Source of the DNA: Clostridia bacterium | Lineage (GTDB): Bacteria > Bacillota > Clostridia > Oscillospirales > CAG-272 | Assembly: GCA_017556685.1 (NCBI GenBank) | Contig: JAFYMH010000044.1 | Span: forward strand, 1 to 37,146 | Direction of reading: 5' to 3' | DNA length: 37,146 nucleotides | Shown: piece by piece, positions 1-10,124 of the stretch | Layout: every line of letters begins with the position of its first letter | Position numbering within the stretch: position 1 is the stretch's first letter | The notes under the pieces: model-generated | Seen by the model: only the letters and a program-made list of their open reading frames with translations | Told to the model about the DNA's origin: nothing | The model's database searches: none | Position numbers and translations under genes: made by a program

Positions 1-57
1 CTCATCGATCTTTCACCGCGGCAGAGTCCTCTGCCCGGCAAATATTGTATCAAGTAT

Positions 58-86
58 ATTTTACTTCAAAATCATACTTTTGTAAA
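58..86 (-). promoter_or_regulatory. Putative sigma-A promoter for a gene leaving the left edge of the window
   Basis: Minus strand TTTACA (86-81) - 17 nt - TAAAAT (63-58). A leader hairpin ggcagag/ctctgcc (20-35) and an ATG at 5-3 follow. Confidence 0.5.
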
Positions 87-150
87 CACCTTTTTGAAAG
101 AAAACTGCTCTTTTCTTAATTTCCTTACAAATTATTACAAAATAGGATGC

Positions 151-389
151 AAAAAAGGGGCTCGCTTGGTTTCGAGCAGAAATCGTCGGCTGACGAGCGA
201 GAGGCGTACAAGTGTACGTCGAGCGAGGAAACGGCGATAGAACGAAAAACGATAAAAAGGAGAAAACCGTAAGGTTTTCCACCTTAAAAAATAGGATACG
301 CAAAGAAAAAGACAGGTGCTACGCCTACGCGCAGCACCTATTTTTTTTGTTTTTCGTTCGGTTATGCCGAAAGGAAGCAGCCCCTTTTT

Positions 390-390
<1 letters not shown>
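151..390. repeat. Structured intergenic element with imperfect terminal inverted repeats (MITE-like or ncRNA)
   Basis: aaaaaaggggctcgcttggtttcg (151-174) is the near reverse complement of cgaaaggaagcagcccctttttt (368-390). Several nested internal stems are present. Confidence 0.55.
314..348. terminator. Hairpin with T-rich tails on both strands; possible pyrR terminator
   Basis: aggtgct...agcacct stem, followed by T8 on + and gtctttttcttt on -. Confidence 0.5.
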
Positions 391-950
<560 letters not shown>

Positions 951-961
951 TCATCGCCCCC

Positions 962-990
962 ATTATATCCCGAATCGTCTTGAAAGTCAA
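962..990 (-). promoter_or_regulatory. sigma-A promoter of pyrR
   Basis: TTGACT (990-985) - 17 nt - TATAAT (967-962). Confidence 0.75.
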
Positions 991-1019
991 CTCTATTTTC
1001 GGTTTTTCCCTTCCTTTGC

Positions 1020-1048
1020 GTATGAAAGAGGGGTCGTGAGAAAAACTA
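1020..1048 (+). promoter_or_regulatory. Putative forespore (sigma-G/sigma-F type) promoter of spoVA
   Basis: GTATG (1020-1024) - 17 nt - AAAACTA (1042-1048) fits GHATR...MAWAMTA; spoVA is a known sigma-G target. Confidence 0.55.
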
Positions 1049-1092
1049 TGACCGAAGAGCCGTCTTTCGGCTTCACTGAAAGGGAGGTTTTC

Positions 1093-1539
1093 ATGAAATT
1101 CGACCCGAAATCCTATCAAACGCTTGTTTCAAGACGGGCGGCGCGCTCGCCGATCCTGCCGAACTGCCTTCGCGCCTTTGCCGTCGGAGGGATGATCTGC
1201 GCCCTCGGCGAGGGGCTTTCCCATCTCTATCGCGCGTGGGGTGCCGAGCGAGAGCTTTCGATGACGCTCGTTTCGGTCACGCTCGTCTTCTTCGCCGCCC
1301 TTCTCACGGGGCTCGGCATCTTTGATCTTCTCGCACAGCACGCAGGGGCAGGCACGCTCGTCCCGATCACGGGCTTTGCAAACTCGGTCGTTTCCCCTGC
1401 CATTGATACCAAGGCGGAGGGGCTTGTTCTCGGCGTCGGAGCAAAGATCTTCAGTATCTCGGGGCCGGTCTTGCTCTATGCGCTTCTCTCGGGCGCGCTC
1501 TATGGGACCGTCTATTATCTGATCTCCCTCTTTCGGTGA
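1093..1539 (+). CDS. spoVAC: Stage V sporulation protein AC (DPA uptake channel subunit)
   Basis: AFAVGGMIC, AGAGTLVPITGFANSVVSPAI, EGLVLGVGAKIFSISGPV; start moved to ATG 1093 after SD ggagg. Confidence 0.92.
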   Translation: MKFDPKSYQTLVSRRAARSPILPNCLRAFAVGGMICALGEGLSHLYRAWGAERELSMTLVSVTLVFFAALLTGLGIFDLLAQHAGAGTLVPITGFANSVVSPAIDTKAEGLVLGVGAKIFSISGPVLLYALLSGALYGTVYYLISLFR

Positions 1540-1545
1540 AAAGCG

Positions 1546-2565
1546 ATGCAAAAGCCGATCCTTTTTGAAAAACCGATCTACCTTCTCTCTCACGCAAGCG
1601 CCGTTGGCGGAGAAGAAAAAAAGGGACCGCTTGGCGAGTGCTTTGATTTTTGCGATCCAAGCGGCCGCTTTGGCGCCAAAACCTGGGAGCTTGCCGAGAG
1701 CGAGCTTTCGCGCATCACGCTTTCTCTTGCAATGAAAAAGGCAGGGATCTCGCACAGGGACCCCGATCTTCTTCTTGCAGGGGATCTGCAAAATCAGTGC
1801 GTTGCCTCCTCCCGGGCGCACGCCTGCCTTGGGATTCCCTATCTCGGACTCTACGGCGCCTGCTCGACCTCGGCAGAAGGGCTTTATATCGGCGCCTCTC
1901 TGCTTTCTGCATCGAATACGCTTCATCTTGCCGCTGTCGTGACGACCTCGCATTTTTGCGCCGCCGAGCGTCAGTTTCGTCTTCCCCTTGAATACGGAGG
2001 GCAAAGACCCCCGACCGCACAGTGGACAGCAACGGCGGGCGGCGCCTTTCTCATCACCGATCAAATACCCGACAGGCCATGTGCAAAAATAATGGGGGGG
2101 ATGATAGGAATTCCGATAGATAGTGGCATTTTGGATGCTTCTAATATGGGAGCCGCCATGGCTCCGGCCGCCGCGCACACCATTCTTTCGTTTTTTGAAA
2201 AGAGCCGATTTTCCCCGTCTGATTTTGACTTTATCGTCACGGGAGACCTTGGCTACGAGGGGAGCGAGATCATGAAGGGGATCCTTTGTGATAATAGTTT
2301 TCCTCTCCTTACAAACCACCTTGATTGCGGAACGCTCCTTTACAACCCCGAAATTCAGGACGTCCATGCGGGGGGTTCGGGATGCGGATGCAGCGCTTCG
2401 GTTCTTTCCGCGCATTTTTTACCCATGCTTGAGAAGGGTGCGGCGCGGCGTATTCTCTTCCTTGCAACCGGAGCTCTGATGAGTCCGTCCGCAATTTTGC
2501 AGGGACAGTCGATCGTCGGCACAGCCCCACTCGTCATTTTTGAGGGAGAGGAGACTTTTCACTAG
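1546..2565 (+). CDS. spoVAD: Stage V sporulation protein AD
   Basis: GDLQNQC, GLYGACST, SHFCAAERQFRLPLEYGGQRPPTAQWT, GGSGCGCSA, ATGALMSP. Confidence 0.95.
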   Translation: MQKPILFEKPIYLLSHASAVGGEEKKGPLGECFDFCDPSGRFGAKTWELAESELSRITLSLAMKKAGISHRDPDLLLAGDLQNQCVASSRAHACLGIPYLGLYGACSTSAEGLYIGASLLSASNTLHLAAVVTTSHFCAAERQFRLPLEYGGQRPPTAQWTATAGGAFLITDQIPDRPCAKIMGGMIGIPIDSGILDASNMGAAMAPAAAHTILSFFEKSRFSPSDFDFIVTGDLGYEGSEIMKGILCDNSFPLLTNHLDCGTLLYNPEIQDVHAGGSGCGCSASVLSAHFLPMLEKGAARRILFLATGALMSPSAILQGQSIVGTAPLVIFEGEETFH

Positions 2566-2933
2566 TGATTTTTTTTGATCTACTGAAGGCATTTGCCGTC
2601 GGCGGTGCAATTTGCGTGGTTGCCCAGCTTCTGATCGATCTGACGCGACTCACCCCCGCCCGTATTCTCGTTCTGTACGTTTCCATCGGGGTTCTTCTCG
2701 GCGCCGTAGGGCTTTTTGAGCCGCTTCTTCGCTTTGCGGGCTGCGGCGCCTCGGTTCCCCTCATAGGATTTGGCGCAGCCGTTGCAAAAGGGGTTCGGGA
2801 GGCGGTCGATCAAAGGGGCGCCATCGGGATCCTCAGCGGAGGACTTTCGGCGACCTCTGCCGGTATCACGGCGTCGCTTCTTTTCGGCTATCTCGTTGCG
2901 ATCGTTTTTCGCGGCGGACCAAAAAAAATGTAA
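2565..2933 (+). CDS. spoVAE: Stage V sporulation protein AE (SpoVAEb type)
   Basis: AFAVGGAICVVAQLLID.T.LTPARILV, FAGCGASVPLIGFG; GTG start overlaps the spoVAD stop. Confidence 0.92.
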   Translation: MIFFDLLKAFAVGGAICVVAQLLIDLTRLTPARILVLYVSIGVLLGAVGLFEPLLRFAGCGASVPLIGFGAAVAKGVREAVDQRGAIGILSGGLSATSAGITASLLFGYLVAIVFRGGPKKM

Positions 2934-2974
2934 AAAATCTCCGCAAAGGCAAGCTTCTTTGCGGAGATTTTTTT
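2932..2974. terminator. Bidirectional intrinsic terminator
   Basis: aaaaaatctccgcaaag / ctttgcggagatttttt perfect inverted repeat between convergent genes. Confidence 0.9.
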
Positions 2975-2980
2975 AAGGCT

Positions 2981-3700
2981 TTATTTTTTCTTTATTTTTT
3001 TGATTCTCTTTTTTATTTTTCGAACGTCCCTTACCATCCTTACGCTATCCCTTACGAAATGCACCGTTGACTCGCGATGGTTTAAGATCCTGACGGGATG
3101 CTCGGAAATTTTCATCCCAAGCCTCTGTGCAAGCAAAATGACCTCGAGATCAAAGGCAAAGCGATCGACCTCTGCCCTTGAAAAGATGCTTTTAGCCGCC
3201 GTTTGGCGAAACGCCTTGATCCCGCACTGCGAGTCGCTTGGACGAAGCCCCGCATAGAGCGAAAGAAAGCGAAGATAGCCCTTTGAAAGAAGGCGCCTGA
3301 TCGACGTATATCCATCGTAACCGAGCGGATGGAGAGCGCGGGAGCCGATCAGACACTCGATCGACCCGTCCCTTTCCATCTCATCGAAGAACTTTCCGAT
3401 GACGTCTGTTCCGTACGCAAGATCGCAATCGGTGAAAATCACGATCTCGCCGGAAGCCGAAAGCATCCCCGATCGAACGGCGTATCCCTTTCCTCGGTTC
3501 GGACGGTAGGAGATCACTTTCGTTTTGGCGTCCTTTTTTCTTGTGAGGATCTCAAGACTTTCGTCTGTCGAGCCGTCGTCTACGTAGATCACCTCATAAT
3601 CCTCTCCAAAGCGCCCCTTCATATAGGACGAGACCTCGTCCATCGTTTTTATAAGGATTTTTTGCTCGTTGAAAAGAGGAATACAAAGCGAAATCTTCAT
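2981..3700 (-). CDS. Family 2 glycosyltransferase (polyprenol-phosphate glycosyltransferase, DPM1/ALG5-like)
   Basis: ISLCIPLFNE, VDDGSTD, NRGKGYAVRSG, FTDCDL, DSQCGIKAF, FAFDLEV. Confidence 0.88.
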   Translation of the reverse strand: MKISLCIPLFNEQKILIKTMDEVSSYMKGRFGEDYEVIYVDDGSTDESLEILTRKKDAKTKVISYRPNRGKGYAVRSGMLSASGEIVIFTDCDLAYGTDVIGKFFDEMERDGSIECLIGSRALHPLGYDGYTSIRRLLSKGYLRFLSLYAGLRPSDSQCGIKAFRQTAAKSIFSRAEVDRFAFDLEVILLAQRLGMKISEHPVRILNHRESTVHFVRDSVRMVRDVRKIKKRIKKIKKK

Positions 3701-3726
3701 GACACTTCCCTTTTGCTTTTTTAAAA

Positions 3727-3755
3727 ATTATACCAAAGCCGATGAGAAAAGGCAA
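3727..3755 (-). promoter_or_regulatory. sigma-A promoter of the glycosyltransferase
   Basis: TTGCCT - 17 nt - TATAAT with extended TG. Confidence 0.6.
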
Positions 3756-3786
3756 GAAAAAACAACGCGAAATTTATGAAAAAAAC

Positions 3787-3828
3787 TTATCCACAGATGT
3801 TGAAAATTTTTATCTACTATGTTATAAT
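3787..3828 (+). promoter_or_regulatory. dnaA promoter with DnaA boxes (autoregulation)
   Basis: Perfect TTATCCACA (3787-3795); TTGAAA (3800-3805) - 17 nt - TGn TATAAT (3823-3828); degenerate box TTATCTACT (3810-3818) in the spacer. Confidence 0.8.
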
Positions 3829-3865
3829 ATTATAAATTAAGTTTTATTTAAGTTAGGAGATAAAA

Positions 3866-5263
3866 ATGGACGCATTAAACGACGTCGGAAAAGCGGTGCT
3901 TTCGGTTCTTCAAAATACGTTTGCGTCTACGATATACGAGCTTTGGTTTCAGGATCTGAAGCTCATTGGACTCAGTGAGAGCGAGGCGGTCTTTCAGATC
4001 AACAATTCCTTTAAGCAAAAGATCCTGCAAAGCCGTCACGCCGAAAATATCAAGCGGGCGCTGAGCGAGGTCATCGGGTACGAGGCGGAGATCCGCATCG
4101 TTTCAAGCGAGGGCGAGGACGGCTTTTCGATTCCGACCTTTGAGATCAAAAAGGAGCAGGTCGCGCCTATCGAGGAACCGAAGGAGACATTTAATACCGG
4201 CGCCGCCATCGAAAGCAAAACGATCGTTGAGGAATATACCTTTGAGAACTTCATCGTCGGGGACTCAAATAAATTCACTCACGCCGCTTGTATGGCGGTC
4301 GCGATGTCCTCTATCAACAAGGGAAAGAGACAGAGCGGATACAATCCCATTTATAATCCCCTTTTCATCTACGGACCGAGCGGCGTTGGAAAAACGCATC
4401 TTCTCTTTGCCGTTACCAACGAGATTAAGAGAAATAACCCGAACGTTCGTCTGATGTATAAAAAGGGTGAGGAATTTACAAACGAGCTGATCTCCAGCAT
4501 CAAGAACTCGACCCAGCCCGCCTTCCGCGAGAAATACAGAACAGTTGACGTTCTTCTGATCGACGATATTCAGTTTATCGCAGGAAAGGAAGCCACGCAG
4601 GAGGAATTTTTCCATACCTTTACGGCACTATACGAGGAGGAAAAGCAGATCATTTTAACCTCCGACCGTCCGCCGAAGGATATCAAAACCCTCGAGGACA
4701 GGCTTCGCACGCGCTTTGAATGGGGTCTTCTTGCCGACATTCAGCCGCCGAGCTTTGAGCTTCGGACCGCGATCATCAACAAAAAGGCGGAGACGCTCGG
4801 CGTTGATATCTCCCCCGACGTCGTTGAGTATCTTGCGACCAAGCTTCAAAACAATATCCGACAGATCGAGGGCTCTATCAAGAAGATCGCGGCGATCAGT
4901 CTTCTGACCCGCTCCCCCGTAACGATCGAGCTTTCGCGCCGTGCCATCTCTGACGTCCTTTCGGGAAACGAGCCCGTGAATATCACGGTCGATCGCATTC
5001 TTGCCGCCGTATCGAGAAAATACGGCATCTCAACCGAGGATATCAAGGCGAAAAAGAGATCCGCCGATATCGTCAACGCAAGACATATCTGCATTTACTT
5101 AATCCGCCAGCTGACCGACATTTCCTTTAATTCCATCGGTGAGTTCTTCAGTCGGGACCATGCAACGATCATATCGGCATTCAAAAAGGTGGAATCAAAC
5201 GTTTCCTCAAATCAGCACTTCGCAAAGGAGATCCAGGAGCTGATGGGAGAGCTTAAAAATTAA
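3866..5263 (+). CDS. dnaA: Chromosomal replication initiator DnaA
   Basis: YTFENFIVG, YNPLFIYGPSGVGKTHL, LLIDDIQF, QEEFFHTF, RLRTRFEWGL, RDH domain IV. Confidence 0.98.
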   Translation: MDALNDVGKAVLSVLQNTFASTIYELWFQDLKLIGLSESEAVFQINNSFKQKILQSRHAENIKRALSEVIGYEAEIRIVSSEGEDGFSIPTFEIKKEQVAPIEEPKETFNTGAAIESKTIVEEYTFENFIVGDSNKFTHAACMAVAMSSINKGKRQSGYNPIYNPLFIYGPSGVGKTHLLFAVTNEIKRNNPNVRLMYKKGEEFTNELISSIKNSTQPAFREKYRTVDVLLIDDIQFIAGKEATQEEFFHTFTALYEEEKQIILTSDRPPKDIKTLEDRLRTRFEWGLLADIQPPSFELRTAIINKKAETLGVDISPDVVEYLATKLQNNIRQIEGSIKKIAAISLLTRSPVTIELSRRAISDVLSGNEPVNITVDRILAAVSRKYGISTEDIKAKKRSADIVNARHICIYLIRQLTDISFNSIGEFFSRDHATIISAFKKVESNVSSNQHFAKEIQELMGELKN

Positions 5264-5545
5264 GCGGTGGATAAGCTGTTAATTAAACGTCTTGTTTATG
5301 GTGGATAAAAAGTGGATTTCCAAAAAAGGGAAAACAAAAAAATATAATCCACACCGTCCACTTTTTGCGCACCGATTTTCCACCCCGAAAATTTTGGTAA
5401 AGAGTCCTATATTTCCCTTTCTTCATAAGAGAATTTGGAGTTTTCCCGATTTTCCACCGTCCCTGATACTACCCCTTCTTTTTCCCTTATTCCTTTCCTT
5501 TTCTTTTCGTTTTCGCAAATAAACGCAGATCAAAATTTAAATAAG
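5264..5545. other. oriC (dnaA-dnaN intergenic): DnaA-box cluster and putative unwinding region
   Basis: Boxes TTATCCACC (- strand 5266-5274, 5300-5308), AAATCCACT (- 5311-5319), TAATCCACA (5345-5353), TTTTCCACC (5376-5384, 5450-5458), then a GC spacer and degenerate trios; canonical position. Confidence 0.85.
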
Positions 5546-5569
5546 CCTCTGAGCCGAAAGGAGCATACA

Positions 5570-6718
5570 ATGAAAATCGTTTTCTCAAAGCAAAGCCTGA
5601 TGGAAAAGCTCGTTCCCACGATGAGCACGGTTTCCGGAAAAAATACCATTACCTCGATTGAAGGAATCCTGATCGAAACGGTCGGGGAAAATACGGTACG
5701 TCTTTCTTCTTATGATATGAACAAGGGAATCCGTACCACGACCGAAGCGGTTGCAGTGATTGAGGAAGGAAGCTATATCATCAACGCGCAGAGGCTTTTT
5801 CAGATCGTTAAGCTTCTTGGAGAGGATGAGATCACGCTTGAGGTCGATGGAAAGCTGAACGTAACCATCTCCTCGGGCAATTCCAGCTTCTCTCTGTTTG
5901 CCTTGAACGGCTCGGATTTTCCGAATCTTCCCGAGCTGACGGGAGATAAGGGATTTTCGGTAAGCTCCTCGGTTTTAAAGACGATGATCTCAAAGGTTCT
6001 TCATTCTGTTGCCGAGCAGGATAACAGACAGATGCTCTGCGGCGCTTACTTCGTTATTGAAAACAGTCAGATGGAGATCGTTTCCTGCGACGGATATACG
6101 CTTTCGCGCTGCATTGTCGAAAGCGAGATCAACGATATCGGTCGCGTTGCCAGCACGAAATTTTCCTTTATTATTCCGGGGCATGCTCTCTCTGAGCTGA
6201 TCCGTATCCTTCCCGATAAGGACGAGCCGGTCTCGATCTATCTTTCGAGAAAGCACGCGATCGCCGAGATGAACGGCATCACCTTCTTTACGAGAATGAT
6301 TGATAGCGAATACATCGATTATCATCGCATTCTTCCGAAGGAGCAGAGCATCTTCGTCAAGATCAACCGCGCAAGATTCCTTGAGGGTCTTGAGAGAGCA
6401 AATCTCGTTGCCGAGGAGAAGATCCAGGGAAGCGGAAAGAGCTACGTCCGTCTTTCTATTTCTGAAAACAATTTCTCTCTTTCCTCAAATTCTGTGAACG
6501 GAAACGTCTTTGATACCATGACCTGCGAGCACAAGGGAGACGATATCACGATCGGCTTTAATTGCCGTTTTCTGATCAACAGCGTTCGTGCCACCGAGGG
6601 AGAGGAGCTTTTGATCACTTTGAAATCCCCGACGCAGTCGATTACGGTTGAGCCTGCCGAGCAGAAGGAGAACTTCAGTAGCTTCTATATGATTCTGCCG
6701 GTTCGTATGACCGAATGA
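5570..6718 (+). CDS. dnaN: DNA polymerase III beta sliding clamp
   Basis: DFPNLP, CDGYTLS, YIDYHRILP, IGFNCRFL, YMILPVR; ATG 5570 after SD gaaagga. Confidence 0.95.
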   Translation: MKIVFSKQSLMEKLVPTMSTVSGKNTITSIEGILIETVGENTVRLSSYDMNKGIRTTTEAVAVIEEGSYIINAQRLFQIVKLLGEDEITLEVDGKLNVTISSGNSSFSLFALNGSDFPNLPELTGDKGFSVSSSVLKTMISKVLHSVAEQDNRQMLCGAYFVIENSQMEIVSCDGYTLSRCIVESEINDIGRVASTKFSFIIPGHALSELIRILPDKDEPVSIYLSRKHAIAEMNGITFFTRMIDSEYIDYHRILPKEQSIFVKINRARFLEGLERANLVAEEKIQGSGKSYVRLSISENNFSLSSNSVNGNVFDTMTCEHKGDDITIGFNCRFLINSVRATEGEELLITLKSPTQSITVEPAEQKENFSSFYMILPVRMTE

Positions 6719-7812
6719 TCCTAAATCGCCTTCGGGTTGAAAATTACAGGAATATTTCTTTTGCGGATCTTTCGTTTGATAGCGGCGTAAATCTCCTGTT
6801 CGGAGAGAATGCGCAGGGAAAGACCAACGCCCTTGAATGCATCTATTCCTTTGCGAGAGGAAAAAGCTTTCGCTCGGCAAAGGATGAGGAGCTCGTTCGG
6901 TTCGGAGAAAAGGGATTTTCAAGCGAGATTACCTTTTCGGACCGCGAAAGAGAGCAAACGCTTTCCTATTGCTATTACGGCGGGGAAAGAAAAAGACTCC
7001 GCAACGGCGTTACACTCTCTAAGCAGACCGAGATGATCGGGCATTTCAGAGCCGTTCTCTTTTACCCAGAGCATCTTCAGCTGATCAAGGGCGGACCGTC
7101 TGAAAGAAGAAGCTTTTTGAATATTGCGATCTCGCAGTGCTATCCGGCATATCTGAAGCTTTACGGAGATTACAGCCGAATTCTTGAAAACCGTAACTGT
7201 CTTTTAAAGCTCTCGCAAAAGGGGCTTTCGATCGATAAGAACGAGCTTGAAATTTGGAGCGATGCGCTCGCCTCAGTTGCCGCTTCTATCTGGATCTACC
7301 GAAAGAGCTATATTGAAAGACTCACTCAGTTTGCATCCCCCCTTCTCTCGGATATCTCGGGGAAAAAGGAAGCGCTTTCGCTCTCCTACGAAAGCGACGT
7401 TTCGGGAGAAAACGAAAAGGAGATCAGAGAGGCGTACCGCTTGCTTTTCAGAGAAAATCTGATGAAGGAGATCTCCTTGGGCTGCTCTCTTTACGGGATC
7501 CACCGAGACGATCTCAACGTTCTGATTAACGGTATCAGTGCAAGAAGCTTTGCCTCTCAAGGGCAGCAGCGGTCGATCGTTCTTTCTCTGAAGCTTGCAG
7601 AGGGCGAACTCTCAAGGAGCCTGACGGGGGAATATCCCGTGTTTCTCTTTGACGATGTGCTAAGCGAGCTTGACGAGTATCGCCGATCATACGTTTTATC
7701 AGATCCGGGTGAGCGCCAGTTCATCGTAACCGCATGTGAGGATTCGGGCTTTGACCTAAGCTTGGTTCATACGACGCTCGTTTCCGCCGGTTCCTTTCGG
7801 AAGAAGGAGTGA
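6715..7812 (+). CDS. recF: DNA replication/repair protein RecF
   Basis: GENAQGKTN, GGPSERRSFL, GIHRDDL, SQGQQRS, LFDDVLSELD; ATGA overlap with dnaN. Confidence 0.96.
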   Translation: MILNRLRVENYRNISFADLSFDSGVNLLFGENAQGKTNALECIYSFARGKSFRSAKDEELVRFGEKGFSSEITFSDREREQTLSYCYYGGERKRLRNGVTLSKQTEMIGHFRAVLFYPEHLQLIKGGPSERRSFLNIAISQCYPAYLKLYGDYSRILENRNCLLKLSQKGLSIDKNELEIWSDALASVAASIWIYRKSYIERLTQFASPLLSDISGKKEALSLSYESDVSGENEKEIREAYRLLFRENLMKEISLGCSLYGIHRDDLNVLINGISARSFASQGQQRSIVLSLKLAEGELSRSLTGEYPVFLFDDVLSELDEYRRSYVLSDPGERQFIVTACEDSGFDLSLVHTTLVSAGSFRKKE

Positions 7813-7815
7813 GGT

Positions 7816-10109
<2,294 letters not shown>

Positions 10110-10124
10110 AGGGGGAAGCCGTTT

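Noticed and set aside
360-385. ccGAAAggAAGCAGC resembles SRP RNA helix 8
   Set aside because: The required 5' CAGG strand is absent (ttatg instead), and the segment is explained as the element's terminal repeat
1129-2415. 428-aa minus-strand ORF
   Set aside because: Antisense to spoVAC/spoVAD, no recognisable domain or SD
5435-5569. N-terminal extension of DnaN in the ORF track
   Set aside because: Runs through oriC; the real start is ATG 5570 with an SD
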